The notes: a model not told the origin generated them from the sequence alone. Positions 38,561 through 52,089 are shown, counted from the whole stretch's first letter. The stretch: 63,824 nucleotides of DNA, filler included, from Octopus bimaculoides (GCF_001194135.2; 6 parts of 6 records of this genome joined end to end with filler, not necessarily neighbours in it); one strand, 5' to 3'. Translations and numbers: made by a program.

Positions 38561-39586
38561 ATCTGTAGAATTGATTTAGCTTGAGTTGATCCGGGTTTTG
38601 TCAATGCTCTGTGACAAGATGTCTAAGCCGATTGCCTACGAGGATCTGTTTCTTAAGTGCTTTCCAGACAATTCGGAAGCATGTGGATCAAGGAATATTC
38701 GAGAAAGGGTAGAAAGAAAACGGTAATAAATGAAAGAAAAGTATTATGTATGCATATGTGTTTGTGTGTGTGGGAGTGGTGTGTGTGTGTGTGTATGCAT
38801 GTAAGAAACTAGAAAGAAAACGATAATAAATAATAGTATGTCTATATATGCGTATGTGTGTCTGTGTGTAAATATATATTTATGCATATAAGTGTGCGTA
38901 AATGCGTGCACATATATATGCATATATATGTATTTATGGAGTGGTTAATATATATATGTGGGCATATATGTGTATATATATGTGTGTGTTCGTATATGTG
39001 CTTGCATGTACACGTGTACGTGTGGAATACGTAGATTCTTTTTGTTTGTATTTTGTTTTTCATTGTCAATGCAAAGAAAACAAATTAATGTGTNNNNNNN
39101 NNNNNNNNNNNNNNNNNNNNNNNNNNNNNNNNNNNNNNNNNNNNNNNNNNNNNNNNNNNNNNNNNNNNNNNNNNNNNNNNNNNNNNNNNNNNNNNNNNNN
39201 NNNNNNNNNNNNNNNNNNNNNNNNNNNNNNNNNNNNNNNNNNNNNNNNNNNNNNNNNNNNNNNNNNNNNNNNNNNNNNNNNNNNNNNNNNNNNNNNNNNN
39301 NNNNNNNNNNNNNNNNNNNNNNNNNNNNNNNNNNNNNNNNNNNNNNNNNNNNNNNNNNNNNNNNNNNNNNNNNNNNNNNNNNNNNNNNNNNNNNNNNNNN
39401 NNNNNNNNNNNNNNNNNNNNNNNNNNNNNNNNNNNNNNNNNNNNNNNNNNNNNNNNNNNNNNNNNNNNNNNNNNNNNNNNNNNNNNNNNNNNNNNNNNNN
39501 NNNNNNNNNNNNNNNNNNNNNNNNNNNNNNNNNNNNNNNNNNNNNNNNNNNNNNNNNNNNNNNNNNNNNNNNNNNNNNNNNNNNNN

Positions 39587-39627
<41 letters not shown>

Positions 39628-39632
<5 letters not shown>

Positions 39633-39910
39633 GCACTCCGTCGCTTACGACGACGAGGGTTCCAGTTGATCCAATCCGATCGTGCATTAATGTGCATGTA
39701 GCTGAGTACTCCACAGACACGTGTACACTCAGCGTAGCACACAATGAGACAAGGCTGGCCCTTTAAAATACAGGTATTATTCATTTTTGCCAGCTGAGTG
39801 AACTGGAGCGACGTGAAATAAAGTGTCTTGCTCAAGGACACGATGCATCACTGGGTAATTGAACTCACAACCTAATGATTGCGAGCCGAATACCTTAACT
39901 GCTAATTTCA
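39628..39910 (-). mobile_element. SINE family C variant (CORE-like middle)
   Basis: ctggcactccgtcgcttacgacgacgagggttccagttgatcc...gctgagtgaactggagcgacgtgaaataaagtgtcttgctcaaggacac. Confidence 0.85.
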
Positions 39911-40209
39911 TACCCTAACTTCACATATATATTTATAGTGAAGGTCTCTCTCTTCAACTAACCACGTGACGCATTTGGCCTTATTATATACATCTTTCTC
40001 TACTTTTCCTCCACTTCTTTCTTCTCTCTTCACATTCCTCCACCACTTTCTCACACTTTTACTCTACCTCTCACTCACTCCACCTCCGGCTCCCTAACTA
40101 ACTAAAGTATAATGGGTGAAAGAACAAGTGGATTATTATATAGATTTACGTGTGTGTATATAAAAATAGAAAGGTCGAGGGATAGAGCATACTACTACTA
40201 GTAGGATCC

Positions 40210-41480
40210 TATACAAGTGGCTCTTCTTAAAATAAAGATGGTGAATATTAAAATAAACGAACTCACCGCCTTCAAAAATAGTCTTCATCTTACAACAATC
40301 TTGTCTCGCTTATCATGTCTACATCCACGTTATCGTCTGTTTTGTGTCCTGTCAGATCATTTTATATATCTTCACCATGTCGGTTTTGGTCTTCTACTGT
40401 TAGTTTTCTACAATGAAGCTTCTATTCCAGCACTTAGATCGGTGTCTTTCTCTCACTCACTCTCTTTACCTACTTGAACTTTCATCTTCTCATCCTCATC
40501 CTTAGTCCCTTCTGTCCTGTTTTTACAAGTATTTGCACGTTGGTCATTCTGCCCCGTATAGGTGGAATGTATTCAATCTTTCCTCGTTGTTATCATATTC
40601 CTGCTACTTTTCACTGAGAAGAATAGACAAGTACGAACTGCATTCTGAAATGTAAAATTTTAGTTTTAGTCTTTCCACACCGATGCTGTCTAGTTCTTCT
40701 GATTGACTACCCTATCATTTCCTTCATCCACACTTACTTGACTGCACAACCTAGATGAAAAAAAGAACATTTTCTAACTCATTCACATTGACTGTAACCT
40801 TTATATTGTCTTCCATTACTCTTTTATAGTTTTACTCATTTTTTGGCATTACAATGTAAGCCAACCTCTAATGTGGTCTTAACAGAGTTCGTGCATTTTT
40901 ACAAATTTCTTTTTTCCCTATTAACTAAATATCAACAAAAATCCAAATGAGATAACAGCTTGTATTGTCTCATATGAGTTGGTGTCCTTCCCAATGAATC
41001 TTCCTCAGTACAATAGCAATAACAAAACTGAAGAGGTATGGAAACATGCCACAGCCTCGTCAATAGCAAAACGGTCTGCCATGCCCTCGTTAACACGCGT
41101 AGGCAACAATTTAAATATTTATACATTGCCTCTGTTATGTTTATTAAATTTTCGGGTATTCCGTAATTTCTGACGATTGTCCACGTAACATTGCCAAAAG
41201 TCTACAGGAAGTCAACAGTTGATGGCTGAAAGTCATTTGTATTCGACGGTGGTGATTTTTCATTGTTTGTCGCAAGACAAATCTAGCAGTTGTGCATGAT
41301 TTCTTTCATCGAAATCCAGAGTTTTGGTCTGTTAGAATAATGTTTAATGTCTTCCTCTTCTTCAAAATAATATGTGAGAGCAGCTGCTGTTAACTGCAAA
41401 CAGAGATATTCCTCTCCCGATTGATCGATAACCGAGATATAATAATTATTCGGAAATTCCATAATGATCTCGGGNNNNNN
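40210..41480 (-). mobile_element. Decayed RTE-type LINE RT/3' region
   Basis: Minus frames give IVAYA(C*) (degenerate YADD) and RRPKPTW (RGRPKTTW); many stops. Confidence 0.55.
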
Positions 41481-41569
41481 NNNNGATTTTCTTTAAAATT
41501 TCCTGTATTTTCTCATCACGCCCGATCATGATCAAGTCAGTTCGACATGTGAAACCGTTACTCCAGACA

Positions 41570-41740
41570 CGTTTTTTTTCCCCGCTCCGTTTATTTTTTT
41601 CTCCGTTTTCTTTTCCTCATTCCTTTCTATCGAAGAGAGTGAGCACGAAACGTCAAAGACTTTTCTATTTTTCCTAAGTGTCAAACTAATGCACCTTGTT
41701 CGCTGTTCTATCATCTGTTTATCTTTTACTTTTGGCACAT
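41570..41740 (+). mobile_element. Penelope-like terminal repeat (pLTR) with decayed hammerhead-like motif
   Basis: tcgaagagagtgagcacgaaacgtcaaagac followed by ttttcctaagtgtcaaactaat, similar to the 62520-62720 copy. Confidence 0.55.
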
Positions 41741-41779
41741 TTGAACAATGATCAAGTTAAGTAGCTTTACCTCCCTAGA

Positions 41780-42330
41780 TTCCCTTCCATATTTATGAAT
41801 CTCATCAGGGGATCCCTCCATACTCGTAGCTGTGTGGATTTCCAAGCTGTTCAGACTCCCTACCATGTGAATCTGTCAGTATTTATTTCAAGATAATTAA
41901 AATAATCAGTCCCATGTAAAAATTTATCCACTTTGTAATGCCCCACCCATTTATTTTTATTTACAATCCCTTCTGTCATCACTTTTAACACTTAAAAGAA
42001 CACTTCTATTGCTTCTTCCGTATCCAATTGAAAGAATTACCTACATACAGTTCTTTAATCATTTCTTGTAGTGGCACTTTATACAGTTTTTTTCCTGGCC
42101 TTCCATCCGCATTCTTTAACTTCGAAGCAAGTTTCTTTAACTTTCTGTCCAGTACTTTATACTTCTCTTTAATGTTTTGTATGATATCTGCTTTGACTCT
42201 ATTATTGTCACTAATCTATATAACATCCCACGTCTCTGGCCATATCTAATGTTCATTACTTTTCCCTGTGTATCTTTCTGTTCTATTTTCGGCTCTCTCA
42301 ACTGTAATGTCTTTCCATTTACTTCAGTAC
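41780..42330 (-). mobile_element. Possible L1/Tx1-type endonuclease fragment
   Basis: ARDVG.., GQEKTV.., DTEEAIEVFF..L.. and MGGA weakly match ARGVA / GR / YAPN...FF / IIGGDFN. Confidence 0.3.
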
Positions 42331-43019
42331 TGATCTATATGTTTCTCCATTTAATGCGACATAACGAGTCTAGATATTTCTGATACGATTCTCTAATTCT
42401 ACTTCCATTTAGTTTGCTAATAACAAAAGATTTTGTTGCTTCTTTATACATACATACCAATATGTATGTATGTATGTATGTATGTATGCATGTATGTATG
42501 TATGTATGAATGAATGGATGAAAAAATTCTTCAGTTTTATCGAAATAACTACTTTCAAGAGACAGGCATCTGAACCAATGTCTTCTCGTCTGAACAACAC
42601 ACGCGAATTTCAAACAGATTTTTTTTCCATCAAAAACAGATGAAATCAATCTCGTTCCCGAAGTTACCAATCAGAAATGTTCGAGTTTTCTTATGATCAA
42701 TAAATACTTTGGTTGTGGAGTGATTTTATTTGCTACAGAATGCTAAGAATTTCAATCCGTTGTCTGTCAGCAATTCTATCAAGATTTGACCAATCATCGT
42801 CTCCCATCCATTTTTCCTTACCTGTATTAACAGGACATTAATGCCGCCATAAGTTTTACAAATTTATGTCATGGTATTTCCTCTAGTATGGCTTTCAAGT
42901 AAAAATAAAAGTTTTCTTTCATCAATATTATTTCAACCACTGTTGATTTGGCATGGACTATTATGAGTCATATTGTGATGGTGCCGTTGGATATAGGCTA
43001 CCAACTCAAAAATGATTTT

Positions 43020-43384
43020 TTAGTGGTAAGAAGCTTGCTTCCCAACCACATGGTTCTGGGTTCTGTCCCACTGCATGCCACGTTGACTAAGTGTCTTCTA
43101 CTATAGCCTCGGGTCAACCAAAGCTTTGTGAATAGATTTGGTAGACGGAAACTGAAAGAAGACAGTATGTATGTATGTATGTATGTATGTATGCATGCAT
43201 GTATGTATGTATGTATGTATGTATGTACATATGTATGTGTGTACGTATTTATATATGTATGTATCTATATATATAAAAATACAAAATGGGACAAGAACGC
43301 AAAACATCCAGACAGGTGATACAAGAAAGGGACGTCCCTGTCTCGTATCACCTGTCTGGATGTTTTGCGCTCTTGTCCCATTTT

Positions 43385-43425
<41 letters not shown>

Positions 43426-43700
43426 CGGCGTACGTACACTTTGGTCTCTTATATGCATGTATCTATCTATGTATCTATGTGTGTGTGACTTTGTGTCTGT
43501 GTTTGTCTCCCACCACCGCTTGATAACCGGTGTTGGTGTGTTTGCGTCCCTCTAACGTAGCGGCTCGGCAAAAGATACCGATAGAATAAGTACTAGGCTT
43601 AACAAATAAGTCCTGGGGTTAATTTGTTCTACTAAAACTCTTCAAGGCGGTGCCCCAGCACCAACGCAGTCAAATGACTGAAACAAGTGAAAAATAAAAG
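43020..43700 (+). mobile_element. SINE family B, full length; internal tract carries a 102-bp palindrome
   Basis: Head gtggtaagaagcttgcttcccaaccacatggttc...ctactatagcctcgggtcaaccaaagc; tail ccaccgcttgataaccgg...caaatgactgaaacaagt. Confidence 0.9.
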
Positions 43701-43719
43701 ATATTGTTGTATGGCCATA

Positions 43720-44330
43720 TGTCTTTAATAAAGTTTGTCATCTTTACAGTGAATTAAAGTATTATTCTACAGTCCTAGTTTGTCCTGTCCCACTTGTTTC
43801 ACGTTACCCATACTCCAGAATGGAAACACATAATTTCTCTATTTCCCTGAATGTCTGGTCTATCTTGCCTTCTCGATTTAACGTCTGCACGTCTCAGTGA
43901 ACTGAATTCAACTTCCAACTGATCACATCAGGCAATAGGTGGCCCTACTCGGTGGGAGACCTCTGCCTCTGACTGGTGAGCTTCTGATACTGAAGACCAA
44001 ACGAGTTATTTGACTAACCTTGGACAAGGTCCAGTGGATTTCTGGGAACAGTCCATATACTTCAGCTGAAATAATCTAACAACATGTCATCCGTGCTCAC
44101 TACGGCAGTAACCATGAGCAAAGTGTCAACGTTTTAATTAACGTCATTACTGTGACACACGTCCCTTCTACCTACTTACTATCGGGTTAGTTTACGAGGT
44201 GCCTGACGCCCTAACTGAGCATATCTCTTTGCTCCGTCCTAAAATTTGGAAACAACACATACAGAGCTACATGTTCCATCGCGCCCGATATAGATTTTAT
44301 CCCAGATATCAATGAGACAGCAGAAGGAAG
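43720..44330 (-). mobile_element. RTE LINE 5' region (UTR + APE N-terminus)
   Basis: DVQTLNREGKIDQTFREIEKLCVSILE..RETSGTG matches RTE 'WNVQTL..GKLEQL..EM.RL.I.ILG.SE.RW.G.G'. Confidence 0.65.
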
Positions 44331-45162
44331 GTCTCTTTGAAGCACACGTAGGTTACTTTCCTCCTCTCTTGAGCTCTTGTAAAAGCTTCGAATAATAAAA
44401 AAAGCACCTCATTTTCTCATATAATGCTGCCGCGCTATTTTTCTTTCATCTAAACGTTGCAAGCCTTGAGCTCGTCTGTTCCAAGTTGTGTGCAAAAGAT
44501 GAAAGAGTTATTCCACTCAAATTTCTTTCATTATTTTCATTTGGCAAAGCTTGTTGTATGCGTGCAAATGTTGTTGTCATTATTGTTGTTGTTTTTATTT
44601 TTGGTGCCAAAAACATCAGAATCCGTGTAATTTTACATACAAGTGCCATTGTCCATAGAAAAGTCATTTCTTTTGAAACCTGAGTTTTGTTGAATAATAT
44701 TCTTGTTTATTTTTTGTTTTGTACTCTCCACTTCCACTATTTTTCTCTTTAAGGATGTTGTTGTTATTTCCCGTAGCCATTTTCTATATGTATGTCGAGA
44801 AATAAGAGAAAAAAAATATATCTCAGCAAACAAACATTATTTTTCGTTTGACCCTGCACGGGCAGAGTTCAAAATTCTTCAAAAGCTCTACGTATTAGAA
44901 TAGACTAAACATAGAAGGAGAAAAAAAAACATTATTTCATGCAACTGTGAAATTCAATGCTTTCAAGAGTGATCTGAAAACAGGACAGAACAGGCCAGCA
45001 GCGCTTACAATAACACTATGGAGGAGNNNNNNNNNNNNNNNNNNNNNNNNNNNNNNNNNNNNNNNNNNNNNNNNNNNNNNNNNNNNNNNNNNNNNNNNNN
45101 NNNNNNNNNNNNNNNNNNNNNNNGGAGGAGGGGAGAAGAAGAAGAAGAAGAAGAAGAAGAAG

Positions 45163-45193
<31 letters not shown>

Positions 45194-45320
45194 GGGACGA
45201 CGACCACCACCACCACCAACGACTATGGCGAAGATAGCAGCGACGACAGCGAGGGCAACGATAATGATAATAATAATTGTATTATCATTATTATTATTAT
45301 CATTATTATTATTATTATCA

Positions 45321-45388
<68 letters not shown>

Positions 45389-45390
<2 letters not shown>

Positions 45391-45605
45391 GGCAACGAGC
45401 TGACAGAATCGTTAGCACGCCAAGCGAAATGACTAGCGGTATTTCGTCTGTCGCTACGTTCTGAGTTCAAATTCCACCGAGGTCGACTTTGCCTTTCGTC
45501 CTTACGGGGTCGATAAATTAAATGCCAGTTAAACACTCGAGTCGGTGTAATCGACCTAACCCCTCCCCACAAATTTCACGCCTTGTGCCTTTAGCAAAAA
45601 GGATT
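45389..45605 (+). mobile_element. SINE family A, well conserved, embedded in (ATT)n
   Basis: aaggcaacgagctgacagaatcgttagcacgcc...gagttcaaattccaccgaggtcgactttgcctttcgtcc...ccttgtgcctttagcaaaaggattattatt. Confidence 0.95.
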
Positions 45606-45629
45606 ATTATTGTTGTTGTTATTATTTTC

Positions 45630-46670
45630 TCTTTGCCATAGGTTTTGTTAGAGCTCCTGGATTCTTGCATGCGTAGCGAGTTTACTACCTGCAGCCTGCA
45701 GTACCATGCAATCCGCTCTTTTCAGCTATCTGATACTATCCTCTTTATTCTGGCCGTCCCAAGGAGGCAAACCTTTTGTAACAGTTCTACTGGGAACTCT
45801 TTTCTAATTTCCTTTATATTCTTCTTGGTACCTTCTGAAACTGTTCCCAAGGACCCGACAATAATTGACAATATCTTCACCTTCTTCATTTTCCATAGCC
45901 GGGTTATTTCGTTCTTAAGAGGGTTGTATCGATCTATCTTTCCACCTTCCTTCCTAACTATTGACAAAGGGGCGTGCAACATCAACTGTATAGCATCAAC
46001 TATATAACATCAACTATATAGCATATGTGGTCCATCACCACTAGATCCGATCTGTTATGCTCTAGCACCTGAACTGTTTGAACTGGGAAATCTCGGAGGA
46101 TTTTGCTAGTTTCCGACTCCATTACTCTCAGCGGATTGTGCTCATACCACATCTTGCCCCCACTTTTCGCACAGTTTCCAATGTAGCACTTTCGCTACCT
46201 GGTCGTGTCGCCACAACCTGTAGTGGTTTTGGCAAGTCTAGGGCATTCGTTCGTGATATGGGCAATGGTTTCATCTACTCTATTGCAGATGCGGCACAGC
46301 GGAGACACTTTGTCATTCCTAAGGTTGACCCTCCAGTTCGTGGCCAAAGCTTGGTCATGTGCTGCCAGTATAGAGCTCACGGTCTCTTTTTTTAGGGTTC
46401 CTTTCACCAGCCAATATTTTTTCCACCAACTTCTGTTGTGGCTACATGGAATTGATTTTGTGGTCCCTTCATTCGTAATTCTTCTTTGTGTCTTTTTTGT
46501 ACTTCTTCCTTTGTTTTTCCCTTTTCTCTCTGCTCTTAATACTCCTTCGTTCGTAAATGTCACTAGCAAGGTTTCCATACTTTGAGCTAGGTATCTCATT
46601 AAGCTCTCGAGTTCGATATGCACGCAGTCTTCCATAGCTTCGTTAGAAGCTTTCTTGACTTCTTTGACCT
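45630..46670 (-). mobile_element. R4/Dong-like LINE, internally deleted (N-terminal piece, CCHC, RLE)
   Basis: ILAAHDQALATNWRV..CRICNRVDETIAHITNECPRLA; KIDRYNPLKNEITRLWKMKKVKILSIIVGSLG...LQKVCLLGTARI. Confidence 0.9.
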
Positions 46671-46739
46671 TCTTCTTCTTCTTCTTCTTATTATTATTAT
46701 TATTATTATTAATACGTGCTTTCGTAATTATTATTACGT

Positions 46740-47030
46740 CACCTTTCGGGTCAATAAATTAAGTACCAGTTGAGTACCTGGGTCGACGTAAACGACTATC
46801 CCCCTCCCACAAATTCCAGGCCTTGTGCCTATAGTAGAAAGGATAACTAAGGAGGCGAGCCAACAGAATTGTTAGCACGACCGACAAAAGGCTAAGCGAT
46901 GTTTCGTCCGTCTTTATGTTCTGAGTTCAAATTCAGCCGAGGTCGACTTTTTTTTCATACTCTTGGAACCGATCAATGGGGTCGAAAAAATCAACTAGGC
47001 CGCTTCCTCCAAAATTTCAGGCCTTATGTC
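46740..47030 (+). mobile_element. Two adjacent SINE family A pieces
   Basis: cctttcgggtcaataaattaagtaccag... then aggcgagccaacagaattgttagcacg...gagttcaaattcagccgaggtcgac. Confidence 0.85.
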
Positions 47031-47179
47031 CATAGTTCTTCTTCTTCTTCTTCTTCTTCTTCTTCTTCTTCTTCTTCTTCTTCTTCTTCTTCTTCTTCTT
47101 CTTCTTTTTCTTCTTCTTCTTCTTCTCATCGTTGTTGGTGCTATCATCATCGTCGTCATCATCATTATCATCTTTATTT

Positions 47180-47655
47180 TCATCATTGAGTGAGAGAGCA
47201 GTGCATGCCATCAAAGTGACACTGTGGTACAAATATACGAAGCCCAATGTAACCATCATGACTACTCGTCTGATAACGGTGCACCTGGCACATGCATTAC
47301 AGCCATATGTGCGCGACATGCTGACCTCATATCGAGATAAATGGCGCATGACCTTGCAAGTGAGACCCAATCAGAATTTTCCTCAGTTCGAGTAGCCCAT
47401 CCCGCTCAAAAGGTCCTTCAATAAGGGTTGTTTAAGGATGAAAAACAAAACACTCATGCTTCCAGATGTGAATTATTCAAACCCCAAATAATTCCTCTTA
47501 GTACATGGCTATGATACTCCTCCACTACTCCTGCCCATGATCAGAGATGCACATATTGTCACCCATTAAGGGACATGCTCAACTGGTTATGGTCAAGCAG
47601 CTGACAAGCAAATCTGCGGTATTGAGCAGAATATTTGCTGTAGCCCTTCTTTATT
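47180..47655 (-). mobile_element. Repeat family D, longest copy in the window
   Basis: gagtgagagagcagtgcatgccatcaaagtgacac...aagggacatgctcaactggtta.ggtcaagc...gagcagaatatttg. Confidence 0.8.
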
Positions 47656-47699
47656 ATTAACTATAGTTTTTACTTCTCAGAGGTCTCGATCTTACTGGG

Positions 47700-48105
47700 T
47701 CCGATTAATTCTGTGAGAGCGGATAGCAGATTTTGTTCCATTTTTTTTTTTTTTTTGTCAAAGTTCTCACAGTATCTTTCGGGGTCTCTTTCCACGAGAC
47801 GTAAGACTTGATACCTAGATGTTAAATATCGTGAAAGATACTCAACACGCAAGTACCAATCTGAAAATCCTCGCTGTCCCCAGAAACGCAAATATTTTAG
47901 CATGCTCTACTCTAATGTCAATACTAATTTCTCCGACACATTTCTCGAACTTGGATGTTAGTGCTTCGATTGTCCCTACAACTGCTGGAATGACAGTTAC
48001 TCTCTTCATTGCCCACATTCTTGCAATTTCATCTTTTAGTAACTTGTATTTTTCCACTTTGTCACCGACGTGTGCGCCCCCATGTATGACATTAATGCAC
48101 ATATC
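47700..48105 (-). mobile_element. R4/Dong-like RLE fragment
   Basis: DKVEKYKLLKDEIARMWAMKRVTVIPAVVGTIEA...AFLGTARIFRLVL. Confidence 0.85.
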
Positions 48106-48229
48106 GGCAGTCATTAAGGGACATGCTCAACTGGTTAAGGTCAAGCACCTGACAAGCAAATCTACAGTATTGAGCAGAATATTTGTTGTAGCTCATCTTT
48201 ATTATTATTATTATTGTTCAGTAGTTTTA

Positions 48230-48538
48230 TTTTTATAACGTGCTTTCACTTCACTACCGAGCGCAGCTCTGTGCGCCTTGGGTATGTGCTGTGGTTTGCT
48301 GTGGTGCTCTTATGTTTACTGTATTGAAAGTGTTTTTCGTAGGATGTGTGCAGTACCCAGTAGTGCAATTTTCTGTATGTTATATATATTTGTAAGTCCT
48401 GGTATTTTTGTTATGTATTTGTCTGAATATTTTTTTATTATACCTAAGGCACCTACTATGATAGGAATTGTTTCTGTTTTTAAATTCCACATTCGAGTTA
48501 TCTCTATTTCCAGGTCTTTGTATTTTGAAAGTTTTTCC
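48230..48538 (-). mobile_element. R4/Dong-like 3' end with 3' UTR and (AAT)n tail
   Basis: EKLSKYKDLEIEITRMWNLKTETIPIIVGALGIIKK...IQKIALLGTAHILRKTLSIQ*, open until the gap. Confidence 0.9.
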
Positions 48539-48797
48539 NNNNNNNNNNNNNNNNNNNNNNNNNNNNNNNNNNNNNNNNNNNNNNNNNNNNNNNNNNNNNN
48601 NNNNNNNNNNNNNNNNNNNNNNNNNNNNNNNNNNNNNNNNNNNNNNNNNNNNNNNNNNNNNNNNNNNNNNNNNNNNNNNNNNNNNNNNNNNNNNNNNNNN
48701 NNNNNNNNNNNNNNNNNNNNNNNNNNNNNNNNNNNNNNNNNNNNNNNNNNNNNNNNNNNNNNNNNNNNNNNNNNNNNNNNNNNNNNNNNNNNNNNNN

Positions 48798-48855
<58 letters not shown>

Positions 48856-48889
48856 CATTATTATTATTACTATTATCATTATTATTATC

Positions 48890-49115
<226 letters not shown>

Positions 49116-50631
49116 GACGATAGCAACAACAGTAAAGAATAATAGTGATATTGTGCATCTGCTTAAAAATGGCCGTAAGTAATTAAACAACATGATTTTG
49201 AATTAGCTGTATAATTTAAGTGTATAGTAATTGAAACGTGCAATCGATAATGAAATTAGAATAATGGAGAAATGAGGAAATAATTAAACAACAATGAAAA
49301 AAAAAACAATGAATGATGAGAATGGTTAGAGAGGCTGTGGTGGAGTGAATAAGGATGTCGTTGGTGAATGGTATAAGTGAAAACTGATTGTGGGAGTAAT
49401 AATGAAGTGAACATAGAAAGAGAAACANNNNNNNNNNNNNNNNNNNNNNNNNNNNNNNNNNNNNNNNNNNNNNNNNNNNNNNNNNNNNNNNNNNNNNNNN
49501 NNNNNNNNNNNNNNNNNNNNNNNNNNNNNNNNNNNNNNNNNNNNNNNNNNNNNNNNNNNNNNNNNNNNNNNNNNNNNNNNNNNNNNNNNNNNNNNNNNNN
49601 NNNNNNNNNNNNNNNNNNNNNNNNNNNNNNNNNNNNNNNNNNNNNNNNNNNNNNNNNNNNNNNNNNNNNNNNNNNNNNNNNNNNNNNNNNNNNNNNNNNN
49701 NNNNNNNNNNNNNNNNNNNNNNNNNNNNNNNNNNGGCTAAGAGAGAGAATGATCGTAAGAGGCTATGTCATTATTTTTTTGTTGTCACAAAGGAATGACT
49801 AACCTAATGAGATGGATTAGTACTGTCTGGAAAGTTCTGAGTTGTCACTTGAATTTGAAGTAATTGGAATTAGGGTGAAGAAGAAAAAAAACAGACAAAA
49901 AAGATTTTTAAACGAAAGTAACGGTTGTTGTTGTTTAGTGGTGTGTTATTCGTTGAAAGCTGGTGTGTCATTTATGTAATAACGATGATGATAATAAAAC
50001 ATCAATAATAATAATAATAATAATAATGATGATGATGATGACAACAAATTGACAACAATGATAGTAACTGTAATATTTTTATTTATTTTGAAATTGTAAT
50101 GGTAATGATACCATTAATAATAATAACTCTTATTGTTGTTGTTGCTGCTGTTGTTGTTGTTGTTGTTATAACAGCAATGACAACAATAATGATGATGATA
50201 ATGTTTTTTATTGTTTATTTTAAAACTGTAATAATAATAATAATAGTAATAATAATGTCGATGATGATGATGATACTGTACAAGGCATATGAGATCACGA
50301 TTAGTGTTGAATTATATAACAGTCGGTATAATGTAATTTTTCGAGTAAAAAGAAAGAAAGAAAGAAAGATATAAAGAAAGAAAACATAATGAATTTGATA
50401 ATGATTTGTCCATTGAGAAACACAGACAAGTGATAGATTCGATATCTCACAAATCGTGGTTCGATGAGTTTTAATCTAGTTATTTTTCTCTACAAATGTG
50501 GCAGACAATTTAGCAAAAGAAAAATAATACTGCGTATTTCGCAGTAGTGTAATCATATATCACCTACCAATACAATAGGGAATAAGGCAAAGCGCATTTT
50601 AGACCAGCATCGCTAAATTTTAATTTTTTAA

Positions 50632-51540
50632 TACGAGAGTCGGCTGAAAAGTTCATAGACTGACCGAGATACTTTCAGGGAATGTGACTAAATGAGGTTT
50701 ACTTTTCAGCACAGTCCCCCTGATGGTCTACGCACTCCTCCCATCGGTGTTGTAGTGCTTGGATCCCATTGGTGAAGATTCTTTCAACCTGTTGGTAAAA
50801 TTAAAAGGTCATCAAAGCAGATATGACGCCATTATCGTTTGCAACACTGCTTCCGAGCCAAGTATTTTTCATGTTGGGGAACAGATAATAGCGAGTTGGG
50901 GGCCAAATCAGGGGAATGGGGGGCGATGGCCCACCAGTTCAGAATCACAGTCACGCAGAGCAGCCATTGAAGCCAAGAACTTGTCTGCTGATGCATTATC
51001 CGGATGAAACAAGACACATTTCGTCAGTTTTGGTGCTGATAGCCCTTCGTAACTGTTTTAGCAAGTTGGCATAGTACTCTCCATTGATAATTTAGCCCTT
51101 TGGAAGATATTCAATAAACACAATACTTTTACATCCCAAAAAAAATGAAGCCATCACCTTCACTGCAGATGAAACGAACTTGGCCTTCTTTGGAGCAGGC
51201 GAGGGTTGCTTCCACTTGGCCTTCTTTGTCTCTGGCTCAAAGTAATGAAGCCAACACTCATCCTGGCTTAGGAAACGTTCAAGGAAACTAACCGGATCTG
51301 TCTCAAAAATTTCAGGTTTTTACGTGGTGTGATCAGCTGGGTTGGCTTTTGATCAGGTGTCAGAAACCTTCGTCATGCCAAGTCTAGTCTGTTGATTAAC
51401 AGCCCAGTCAAGGTGGTATTTTCTTCATCTCCTACTCTTGTTTTTGCACACATCTACAAAATGACTTTCTATAATGAACTTCCATTATGCAGCTGAGGAG
51501 TACATTTTCATTGCACATCTTATGTGGTGTTCTCACTACA
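50632..51540 (-). mobile_element. Mariner element, decayed, with one recognisable terminal region
   Basis: PHSPDLAP (YSPDLAP motif), GIQALQHRW-like C-terminus, terminal tacgagagtcggctgaaaagttcatag. Confidence 0.85.
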
Positions 51541-51607
51541 TAAATAAATGAAGTTTGTACGAAACGTACGTACTGCTATAACCTAATGAATTTTTGTTGC
51601 TTTTCTT

Positions 51608-51658
<51 letters not shown>

Positions 51659-52089
51659 CAGCAGGGATTGGAATGAAGAATTAGGTTTATGGATCGTTAT
51701 GGTTCAGCTGATAATTAACAAAACAACTTGAAGCGTTTCTACTAATTTCCACTAATCATTGCTTGAAGTGTTAGTTTAAAGTCCATCATGAAGTCTAGAA
51801 AAATCCCTGCAATTTATTATACGTTCAAACCGTGATCAGGGCATGCAAAGCGTAACCAAACCATCGTTTTTCTGACATTATATTCAAGATTAATTTAAAC
51901 AGTATATTTATTCCTTTTTAAAACGGCAGAGTATAGTTTGAGAGAGATTGGCTTCTAATTCTAGTAGGTGAAACGACTCCGTCAAGTCTGTCTCCAGCGT
52001 TTTAAATACGAAGACATAAATGGTGATTCTGCAAACCAATCATTTTTTACCCTTTCGAAATATCGATTTACGTCACTCCTTCAAGTGTT

